NCBI RefSeq assembly: GCF_902459465.1
Contig: NC_047062.1
Span: 3,658,001-3,722,000 of the forward strand
DNA from: Asterias rubens
Lineage: Eukaryota
DNA length: 64,000 nucleotides
Reading direction: 5' to 3'
This document shows, piece by piece, positions 9,501 through 18,400 of the stretch. A program made the position numbers and the translations under genes. The notes below the pieces were generated by a model. It saw only the letters and a list, made by a program, of their open reading frames with translations. It was not told where the DNA came from and searched no databases. Each line of letters begins with the position of its first letter. Position 1 is the stretch's first letter.

Positions 9501-11603
9501 CTTATGCCGCTAAGATGTTGACCAAAGGAATCACTTTCGGTAAGAAGGGGGTTTGTAGTTTTTTTTTTATGTTGTACTTATTTTACAAGATTATCCCAGG
9601 CATTTTTAATATAAAAGAGTTTTTTTCATAGCATAACTTTTTTTGCAAAAAACAAAATACTAGAAAAGGTTTGCCAAACAAGTTATTTGTGATCAAAAAA
9701 TTTCCACAGGAATCAGAGCAAAATGTCATTAGCTTTTGACGCATCCATGGTTTTTTATTCAGCCGACAGTGAATGATAATAAAGTTATCTTTTGGTTGCT
9801 TTTCAGACTCGATTGACGCAGGTATGGCCAGCCTGACCAAGGCTGCTGAGGAACTACACAAGTACATTGAGGGCCTCGACAGTAAAAAGTAATAAAACCA
9901 GCGGCATAGCTAGGATGTCTTCACTAGGGAGGGAGAGGCACATAGGGGGCATTGCTTTCCAGTGGGGGCAGGGGACCATGTTTTTACCTTTTTGGGCACT
10001 ACATTCATCTGGACTTTGTCATGAGTGGGGGGGGGGGGCTCTGAAAAATTGGAGGTGGGGTGCACATATCACTCTAATATCCCTGATCTATAGACGATGT
10101 GACCTCTGACGTCACTCGAAAACCATAACATGATTCGCGCGCATACCGCCGGGCAAAACCTTTGTGTTTTGGCAGCCATCTAGAAAGTGTATGCAAATCT
10201 TACCATGACTACGCGTCTCTTTGCCCGGCGAAACATGACGTATACAGTGTTTTGTCAACAGAGGGCGGTTTGAATGTAAACATAGGTCACACTCACATAA
10301 TCTATTGAGAACACAATTATATGACATACTTATATTTCACCAAAGATGAAGCTAATTGTAGAACCAAGCTTGGGAAGTAGTTGATCTTCAATAAGGACAA
10401 CAAAACTGACCTCTATAAGGTGTTACTGCATACCATTACAGTAACAGGCATTTTTAAACCAAGTATCACAGCACCTACATCCCCACTACCCCAGTGCACT
10501 AGGCATTCCTCGGACCATCTCATCTCCTTAGGATATTCCTTGGTATTCTAATTGCTATGTATGTTTGTTGTTGCTGCAGTCCCTTTGAGGTGCGTAAGAT
10601 CAATGATCAACTGATGTACATGGACAGGGCGTTCACAGATCCCGCAGGTCTACCAGGGAGACCATTACAAAGGTATGATTCAAGACAAAGCACAGAATTG
10701 GTTTATGGGATTTGAGGTATTGAACGGTGAGGTATCGATATATATTTGGTTTGCGGTTAAACCATGTGTGTATCTACTTGCTGGGTAGACTATGTTCTTT
10801 TGATAACTCGTCTTGCTTTATATTCTACTACCACTGAGTAGATTTTTCGAATTCGGGAGACTTCTCTGCTGCCGCAGAGTAGATTTTAGGAATTCAGGAG
10901 ATTTCCCGGTTTAAAAAGAACTGTCCTGTCTTTTAAAATCGGCAGGGTTTACTACTTTTGCTTTTGTGGATTGAAGAATTAGTAGTTATAATTTGTTGAG
11001 TGCTGTGAGAGCTCACTCATTATCCTGTACGAAAGTGTGACGTAACTCCAGTCGCTGCAAACTGCCGCAAGGTTTGAGGTTAAGGTGAAGTTCTTGTCTG
11101 GATATGCAATTATCCAATGTACTATGTTAACATAGTGTTCCAATATCTTAACACAAAACTAATTGTTCAGTTTCCCTCGTGGTGTATAAAGCCCAGTTCA
11201 TTTTTCCTGGGAATGCAAATGTGATACAAATTTTGATGCCTCAAATCTGCAACAATTGAACTTCAACTCCTGCAAAACATTTTCAGCAAAAACAGCCCTG
11301 TGACGTCAATAGTTGCATTCGCATTTGTTGAAGTATGAGCGGGGCTTTACTTGAGAATGGATCGGTATTTATTTTGTTTTTTCTCCGTACAGGCACATTG
11401 CGTTTGCACCAAGCAGCAAAGACAGTTACTATGGCGATGCTTTCCCAGGGATCATGGATCTGATGTTTGACATTGAGAATTCTGCAGATCCCGAGGCCCA
11501 GTGGGAGGCAGTCCGTAAACACATGTCAGTTGTGGCATACACTCTACACTCTGTGGCTACGACACTAACAGATGTCAACGTGTTGGGGATACAACCAAGC
11601 TAG
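353..11603 (+). CDS. M28B zinc metallopeptidase, GCPII/FOLH1-NAALADL1-like (5'-partial; 12 coding exons in window)
   Basis: join(353-542,1330-1420,2050-2139,3262-3347,4793-4912,6229-6314,7478-7701,8422-8512,9287-9539,9807-9888,10580-10672,11393-11603) = 1617 nt. All introns are GT-AG and phases chain without a frameshift. The translation follows GCPII colinearly: [75 protein letters not shown]. Zinc ligands and the catalytic Glu (GCPII H377, D387, E424/E425, D453, H553) are present. Orthology to FOLH1 versus NAALADL1 is unresolved, so no symbol is given. Confidence 0.93.
439..943 (+). repeat. Tandem repeat, 112-bp unit x about 4.5, made of an exon 3' end plus donor site
   Basis: Units start at 439, 551, 663, 775 and 887 (gtacccagattcctggtggctccctgg...catctttaggtaaggtt); near-identical. 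Confidence 0.95.
1330..1420 (+). CDS. M28B peptidase exon ([15 protein letters not shown])
   Basis: tgtag|AT...GG|gtaaga; matches GCPII GLPSIPVHPIGYYDA. Confidence 0.9.
2050..2139 (+). CDS. M28B peptidase exon ([18 protein letters not shown])
   Basis: ctacag|T...AA|gtatgt; matches GCPII WRGSLKVPYNVGP. Confidence 0.88.
2172..2523 (+). mobile_element. Kolobok-like MITE family A (about 350-380 bp)
   Basis: TTAA|AGGCAGTGGACACTATTGGTAATT...AATTACCAATAGTGTCTAGTGTCT|TTAA. TTAA TSD with AG...CT ends fits Kolobok rather than piggyBac (CC...GG). Confidence 0.8.
3262..3347 (+). CDS. M28B peptidase exon (KVKLEV...[13 protein letters not shown])
   Basis: ttcttccaag|G...CCAG|gtaatc. Confidence 0.9.
4205..4463. 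other. Assembly gap (259 N)
   Basis: Run of n. Confidence 1.
4464..4752 (-). mobile_element. tRNA-derived SINE with a CORE-like centre and a different tail
   Basis: On the - strand: tggccgagcgaataagagc...ggttcgaatccc...gtgtcactgaggaagacacttt...ctcaacccaggggtaaatgggtac; the tail recurs at about 5180-5295. Truncated by the N gap. Confidence 0.62.
4793..4912 (+). CDS. M28B peptidase exon ([23 protein letters not shown]; zinc ligands His and Asp)
   Basis: ttttctttgcag|AT...GAAG|gtaggc. Confidence 0.93.
4941..5731. mobile_element. GGCCC-ended MITE carrying nested Kolobok-like elements
   Basis: TIRs ggcccaatgtcatagag (4941) and ctctatgaaatttggcc (5731) enclose a TTAA-AGG element from 4966 and a family A copy at 5348-5706. 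Confidence 0.62.
5348..5706 (+). mobile_element. Kolobok-like MITE family A
   Basis: Same body and TIRs; right TTAA at 5707-5710, left TSD degenerate. Confidence 0.78.
6229..6314 (+). CDS. M28B peptidase exon ([27 protein letters not shown]; catalytic EE)
   Basis: tttttatcag|GC...GAG|gtaggc. Confidence 0.93.
6399..6932 (+). mobile_element. Kolobok-like MITE family A with a nested fold-back MITE in its right TIR
   Basis: TTAA at 6395-6398 and 6933-6936; insertion at 6757-6927. Confidence 0.8.
6760..6924. mobile_element. Fold-back MITE, Harbinger/PIF-like (GGG...CCC ends, CWG flanks)
   Basis: Near-perfect palindrome gggtggatttcacaaag...ctttgtgaaatccaccc; related copies at 21685-21840, 18751-19051 (tandem pair) and about 50220-50778 (partial). 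The superfamily assignment is inference. Confidence 0.7.
7478..7701 (+). CDS. M28B peptidase exon ([23 protein letters not shown])
   Basis: tttttcaacag|GAG...TA|gtaagt; ORF track 7439-7702. Confidence 0.92.
7726..8105 (+). mobile_element. Kolobok-like MITE family A
   Basis: aggcagtggacactaatggtaattactc...attaccaatagtgtccagtgt; starts 24 bp after an exon donor. Confidence 0.78.
8422..8512 (+). CDS. M28B peptidase exon ([23 protein letters not shown])
   Basis: ggtag|T...ACA|gtaagt. Confidence 0.9.
9287..9539 (+). CDS. M28B peptidase exon ([12 protein letters not shown]...LPFDCRTY)
   Basis: tttttttctag|GAT...TTCG|gtaaga; ORF track 9290-9631. Confidence 0.93.
9807..9888 (+). CDS. M28B peptidase exon (TfR-like dimerisation domain: [18 protein letters not shown])
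   Basis: gcttttcag|AC...AA|gtaata. Confidence 0.85.
10089..10305. mobile_element. About 210-bp TIR element with TAG...CTA ends (possibly Academ-like)
   Basis: Second copy at 13505-13713 shows TIRs tagac(c/g)atgtgac...gtcacatcgtcta; the two bodies are highly similar. Superfamily uncertain. Confidence 0.65.
10580..10672 (+). CDS. M28B peptidase exon ([28 protein letters not shown])
   Basis: ttgctgcag|T...AG|gtatga. Confidence 0.92.
11393..11603 (+). CDS. M28B peptidase last coding exon ([19 protein letters not shown]...QPS*)
   Basis: ttttctccgtacag|G; stop TAG at 11601-11603. Confidence 0.92.
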
Positions 11604-11684
11604 ATTACTTTAACATTTTAAATATAATATGAGTCATAAATGCACCTTGAGATATGAAGCTAAAGCACTTGGGTTGTGATTTAA

Positions 11685-11985
11685 AGGCAGTGGACACTAT
11701 TGGTAGGTACTCAAAATAAATATCAGCATAAAACCTCACTTGGTAACGAGTAATGGGGAGAGGTTGGTAGTATAAAATATTGTGAGAAACGGCTCCCTCT
11801 GAAGTGATGTAGTTTTCAAGAAAGAAGTAATTTTCCACGAATTTGATTTCGAGACCTCAGATTTAGAATTTGAGGTCTCGAAATCAAGAATCTGAAAGCA
11901 CACAACTTCGCATGACAAGGGTGTTTTTTTTCTTTCATAGTTATCTCGCAACTTCGACAACCAGTCCCGCTGAAATTTTCACAGA
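11685..11985 (+). mobile_element. Kolobok-like MITE family A, right end truncated, in the peptidase 3' region
   Basis: TTAA at 11681-11684, then AGGCAGTGG; lacks the right TIR. Confidence 0.78.
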
Positions 11986-12506
11986 CTAGGACTATGTTCA
12001 ACATGTGCTTAATACTGAAGCACCAACTGATTGCAATTAGTCTTTTATTATATCATGAATTGTTTCTGCTTGTGATGTTAATGCTGAACTCGATTGAGTT
12101 TGTTGTTCTAACATTTTGTAAAACTAAATATTCTTTCGACAAAGTGAATGAACTAGTGTGACGTGTGTGTGTGTGTTCCACAGGTGCCTTAGGTGGGAAT
12201 TGAACCCATGACGTTTCACACTGTAGACCCAAATGCAATGCAAGACTACAAACTAGACTGCAAACTATAGAAGCACATTGAGGAGAGATTGGTTTTACTT
12301 GGCAAACTTTTACCATCCCTTAATCATGAAGCAACAAATTTATGTACTAGTGTGACAAATGAACCCTGACAAAATATTTGCAAGACACTGACATACAAAT
12401 TTTGTAAATTTATGTGCATTAAATGTCACATTGATTTGAGTTATTCAAAGTTTGTAATGATTTGTGTATTTCAATTATTTCTTTATGTATTATTTACAAG
12501 AGTTAA

Positions 12507-13345
12507 GCATTGCAGTTTTCTTCAAAATCACAAGGGGTAAGCCTTGCAGTTTTCATCAAAATCACAAGGGGTAAGCCTTGCAGTTTTCTTCAAAATCACA
12601 AGGGGTAAGCCTTGCAGTTTTCTTCAAAACCACAAGGGGTAAGCCTTGCAGTTTTCTTCAAAATCACAAGGGGTAAGCCTTGCAGTTTTCTTCAAAATCA
12701 CAAGGGGTAAGCCTTGCAGTTTTCTTCAAAATCACAAGGGGTAAACCTTGCAGTTTTCATCAAACTGACATGGGGTAAGCCTTGCAGTTTTAACTAAAAT
12801 CTCTAGGGAAAAACCTTGCAGTTTTCATCAAAATCACAAGGGGTAAACCTTGCAGTTTTCATCAAACTGACATGGGGTAAGCCTTGCAGTTTTAACTAAA
12901 ATCTCTAGGGAAAAACCTTGCAGTTTTCATCAAAATCACAAGGGGGTAAGCCTTGCAGTTTTCTTCAAAATCACAAGGGGTAGTAAGCCTTGCAGTTTTC
13001 ATCAAAATCACAAGGGGGAAGTAAGCCTTGCAGTTTCATCAAAATAACAAGGGGTAAACCTTGCAGTTTTCATCAAAATCACAAGGGGTAAACCTAGCAG
13101 TTTGTATCAAAATCACAAGGAGTAAGCATTGCTGTTTTCATCAAAATCACAAGAGCTTCCGCTTGCAGTTTGCATCAAAATTACAAGTTTTTGTCAAAAT
13201 GACAAGGGGTAAGCCTTGCAGTTTGCATCATAATCCATGAGTTAAACAGTGTGGTTTTCATTAAAATGACAAGAGGTAAGCCTTAAACCCCATCGAAATC
13301 ACGAGAGAAAAGCCTTGCAGTTTTCATCCAAATCGCAAGGGGGTA
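12507..13345. repeat. Minisatellite, 34-bp unit, about 24 copies
   Basis: Unit gccttgcagttttcttcaaaatcacaaggggtaa starts at 12507, 12541, 12575, 12609...; degenerates towards 13345. Confidence 0.95.
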
Positions 13346-13504
13346 ATTAGAAAATCAGGAAACAAGGGAAATCAACACCATGCAAAGATGTACCATCTTC
13401 TCCAGCAAACTTTATTTAGGTAAAAAAAACACACACACAAAACAACCTTACAAATCATGAATTGAGTGAAATACAGTTCAGTTTGACTATTGATGGGTTT
13501 TACA

Positions 13505-13713
13505 TATAGACCATGTGACTCTGACGTCACTCGAAAAACATAACATGATACGTGCGCATACCGCGGGGCAAAACCTTTGTGTTTTGGCAGCCAGCTAGAA
13601 AGTGTATGCAATCTTACCATGACTACGCGTCTTTTTGCCTGGCGAAACATGACGTATACAGTGTTTTGTCAACAGAGGGCGGTTTGAATGTAAACATAGG
13701 TCACATCGTCTAT
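13505..13713. mobile_element. Second copy of the TAG...CTA element
   Basis: Same body as 10089-10305 (gacgtcactcgaaaa...cagagggcggtttgaatgtaaacatagg). Confidence 0.68.
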
Positions 13714-14424
13714 ATTACACAAATATTGGATGCATATGAGTAAGTGCCTTGCTCAAGGGCACAGGTGTCATGACTTGGATTCGAACCTACACTCTGCTGC
13801 TGACAACACCACAGCTTGGGTCCAATGAACTAGACCCACTCAGCCACGAAACGCCTAAGATCATATCATCATTATTAACAATAAGTAAGTATATAAATCT
13901 GTCATATATCTTGAGATAATTCCTGAATAGTTAGTATCCATTTGAATAAAAATAGTTCCTTCCACTGAAGTACAAAAATGAATTATTCCTTTCAGCTGGA
14001 GTAGTCAAGAAACAGAAGGTGTTCGAATCAAAACTGTTGTGTCAAGGTGCACAACATAACTACATCTTTGGTAAATTGCGTTAAAATACTGCAGAATGTT
14101 TCCATTTATACTTAAGCTCAGCATCCAAAGGCAGAACTAGGGTTAAGGCACAAGGGGGTGCACCATTTGTCTGGGGGGGGGGGCATTTCTGGCTAATTCA
14201 AACTGAAGTTAACAATTAAATTTTCCTTACACATGCCCTTTTCAGCATTCTTGTTGGACATCATCTTTTGTAAAAAAATCTGACGTGAATGTAAAAATAT
14301 ACATGGATTGTGTGCAAAGAGAATTTGTTTTAAAACATGGAATTTACCACAGGTATAAATGGGAATGGGGGCACCCTGTGCCCCCCTACCTACTTAAAGA
14401 AACACGTTGCCTTGGATCGGTCCT

Positions 14425-15440
14425 AACACAAGGAGGGCCTGGTTCATTGCTCTGCTCAGCTCACCTGTAAGAGTCTCTCACCCGTTGCGTTTATGCCAGT
14501 TTTTGGTTTCTGCAACGTATGATACAGATACAGAGTCCAATCTACCACTGCAAGACGCTCTCATTACTGACATCAAAGTCTCTCAAATGTAGAAATCTCC
14601 GTCAAGTCTTGAACAATCTTGGGAAGAATCGCCAGGTGGTGGAAAAGAGACTTCTGGATCCATACTCTTCTCATTCATGAACCTGTAATTATGTAAACAT
14701 CTTGGAGTGGTAAAGTGTCCCTCCTAACACAAGGAGGGCCTGGAACATTGCTCAGCTCGGCTCGCCTGTAACAGTTAAATTACCACCACAAGACAATTAT
14801 TTCTGACATCAAAGTGTCTCAAATGTAGAAGTCTCCGTCAGTCTTGAGCAATCTTGAGATGAATCTCCAGGCTTTGGAAAAGAGGTTACTTGATCCATAC
14901 TCGTCTCATTCATGAACCTGTAAACATGAAAACATCTTACATGGTGTCCCTATACGAGGAGGGCCTGGATCATTGCTCAGCTTGGCTCGCCCGTAACAGT
15001 CTGATCTACCACTGCAAGACGCTCTTATTGCTGCCATCAAAGTATCTCAAATGTAGAAATCTCTCGTGGTCTTGAGCAATTGGATCATTGCTCAGCACGG
15101 CTCGCCTGTAACAGTTAAATTACCACCTCAAGACGCTCTTATTTCTGACATCAAAGTCTCTCAAATGTAGAAATCTCCGTCAGTCTTGAGCAATCTTGAG
15201 ATGAATCTCCAGGCTTTGGAAAAGAGGTTACTTGATCCATACTCGTCTCATTCATGAACCAGCAAACATTTTACATGGTATCCCTACACGAGGAGGGCCT
15301 GGATCATTGCTCAGCTTGGCTCGCCCGTAACAGTCTGATCTACCACTGCAAGACGCTCTTATTACTGCCATCAAAGTCTCTCAAATGTAGGAATCTCCCT
15401 CGGTCTTGAGCAATCTTGAGATGAATCGCCAGGTGGTGGA
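14425..15440 (-). repeat. Tandem array of duplicated TTL last-exon/3'UTR segments (about 4 extra copies, one partial)
   Basis: Repeated catcaaagtctctcaaatgtag...gtcttgagcaatcttgagatgaatc blocks near 14570, 14808, 15035, 15150 and 15370 (the true stop). Confidence 0.9.
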
Positions 15441-15497
15441 AACACCGGGTCTATAGCAAGAGTGACGATACCATCCACAAGCTGTGACAATAAACGC
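15371..15497 (-). CDS. TTL: TTL exon 8, last coding exon ([23 protein letters not shown]...TFERL*)
   Basis: catttttccag|G; stop TGA at 15373-15371; matches human LCQGIVDIAISSVFPPP...FIKL. Confidence 0.92.
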
Positions 15498-18400
15498 CTG
15501 GAAAAATGGAATTCAAGGAACAGATGTTATTTTCATCATTGAGCCGTGGGAAAATGTTTAAGTTTCTTGAGCATAATTTTATTAGATGTTATAATCTGCA
15601 TAGGGATAAAGAAACCAACTGCTTATTGACCCCTTGCGTGTGCGACTGATGCCACGCTCACCATGTTGGTGGTCGATAGGTTTACGCATGCTCTAAATAA
15701 CACACGTTGACATTGACCACCAAAATGGCGTATCCAAGATTATTCTGATGATGACGTCAGGTGAATTGGGTCAATACAGGATTCATTACTGGGCATGCTC
15801 AGTGGTCTAATTATTAAGATATCTGCTGCAGAATGGGGGAGTCGTAAGTTTAAATCCCACACAGGAAGTATGCCTGTGGATTTATTTGTGCTGGACTCGC
15901 AGAATATAGGGTGCTTATTGGGTCGGTAAACTCATGCACAACCCTCAACTTCAATAGTCAAGGGGAAAATTGATAATTTGTATTAAAAAAAATGTTTCCC
16001 CAGTGTATTAAAGGCAGTGGACACTATTGGTAATTACTCAAAATAATTATTAGCACAAAACCTTTCTTGGTAACAAGTAATGGGGAGAGGTTGATAGTAT
16101 AAAACATTGTGAGAAACGGCTCCACCTAAAGTGACGTACTTTTCGAGAAAGAAGTAAGTTTCATCAAATTTGATTTCGAGACCTCAGATTTAGAATTTGA
16201 GGTCTTGATATCAAGCATCTGAAAGCGCTGACAAGGGTGTTGTTTCTTTCATTATTATTTCCCAATTTTGATGACCGATTGAGCTCAAATTTTCGCAGGT
16301 TTATTTTATGCATATATGTTAAGATACAGCAAGTGAGAAGACTGGTCTTTGACAATTACCAATAGTGTCCAGTGTCTTTAAGAGATACTCACAATTTAGC
16401 CTTGCTTTGTACTCTAAAATCAGGCTCAAATGAAAATAATGGTACTAAAATATCTCATATGTCTTATGGTAAATTTCAATACTGAACACAGTAATAAAGC
16501 TCAAAGTCAACATTTGAACCTCATATTCCACAGTAACAGAATTTAAGTCAAAAAAAACCAAAAAAAAAACAGTCAGAGTTTACTGGCCTGAGGTTAAATC
16601 ACTACTTTGGTCCTGCAGTCTAATGAGTGTTAACTTTAAGCGCTATACTTACGATGCACAGGCCGGTGCTCTGTTCACCTCCAGCAGCCAAACTTTGAAA
16701 TCTCTGCTTAGCATGAAGTCAAAACCAAACAACTGAAAACTATCATACTCAAGTCCATCTGTGTTAATCTCCTGTAAATATATAGCAAAAAGAATTGGAT
16801 GTTAGGTTGTATGGGAATCATGAACCAGGCAAGGAAAGGATTTGGAAGAACTCTGCCAGCATGTATTATACTGAGGTGAGGTTTTTGCACCATGTTTAAA
16901 TCTCGTTTGAGTAGTGGTTGGTTCTGAAAAATGGTTCTCTCTCAAATAACTACCTTAAAGAGACTTACACATTGTGCTACCACAAACCTCACCTTACCGC
17001 AAACCTACCGCAAACCTCACATTGTGCTACCGTAAACCTCACCTAACTGTACTCCCACCATGTAGAGTTTTGTGTAGTATACTATAAAACTGTATTTTGA
17101 CAATGGGACATTCCTGAGGCAAATTTAGCTTCTCCCAGGCAAGACCAAGTTACAGAAAGAACGAAACTGGCCACCCTGCAACAATCCCCTAGAACTCAGG
17201 ACTAGGGTTACCCAACAGTTTACCCCTTCACTTCGGCGAACACATTAATGCACAAAACTCTAACGCATCACACAGCGACAGTCCTGGTATTTGGTTGCCA
17301 TCCCCGAGGTCAAACATGCACGCAAATACGCGTCGCCCACGCACAGCTTGCTTCCAATGATAGGTATTCATTGACCTCAGGAAGGGCGCTTTTTGGGGGC
17401 TTGTGACATCATGTTAGTGGCTTTTTACACAACGATCTTATCCGTCTCTCAGTGACGCTCAAGGTCACTTCCACATGCAGTCTTTTCCAGCAAGGTATTG
17501 TGGAGCTGTTTTTGAGGCATGAGACCAATCACTTGACATAGCACCATGTAATGGTTTACAATGTGCTGTAGAGCTGAATATGCAGCCAATCAAACCAGGA
17601 ACACTGGGGCGAACCCCTTCTCTTTTGGATAAGTGCACTGTCTTCTTACATCACATTTACACAAACCAACACGGGAGCAACAGCTTTAAGTCCCATCCAA
17701 AGGATACAGCAATAATGGTTAAGTGTCTTGCTTAATTCTTCATTAGTGTCATGACTGGGAATCAAACCAACATTCCTCTGAATAGAAAAACACTAGAGCT
17801 TGAGTTTGGTACTCTTATCCACTCCTTGACGACACCCCGCACAGAGGGGGTCTATTGTCCTCTTACCTCTTTAATGGCTGTTAAACATTCCCGGATTATT
17901 CTATGGATCTGCGGCAGTATGGAATCTTCCATACAGATGTCAAATGTTTCTTGCAAAAATCTGTAAAAATTCAATCCAGAAATACATTTAAAGGAACATT
18001 ACAGAATTGTTTATTTTGGTGGTCTAGTTGATAAGACATCTGCTCTAGAAAAGCAAAGGTTGTGGGTTCAAATCCCTCCCAAGTAATATGCAAGTGGATT
18101 TTTGTCACTGGACTCAGGAAAGTACTGAATATACAGTGCTTTACACACATCAGTGAAGTGGTAAAACCAAATTGTAGAAACCGTTAGCCAAATTTTATGC
18201 TCTTTGAAATGTGACCCTAATGAAGAACAGTATTGGCTGATGGGTGAATGCAGAACATGCCATATAAGATCAATCAAATGGAGAAAAGATCTTCACAGCC
18301 TCATGTCCAAATGAAAAAAAGAGACTCTAGCAAACAAAGTAAAATAGTGAACATTGAAATAATTTTAAGTTTGGCTCTTACCTGTTGAACTCAGCGAAGA

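Noticed and set aside
12507-13345. CRISPR-like array of about 34-bp repeats
   Set aside because: Units are head-to-tail with no unique spacers, there are no cas genes, and the context is a spliced eukaryotic locus.
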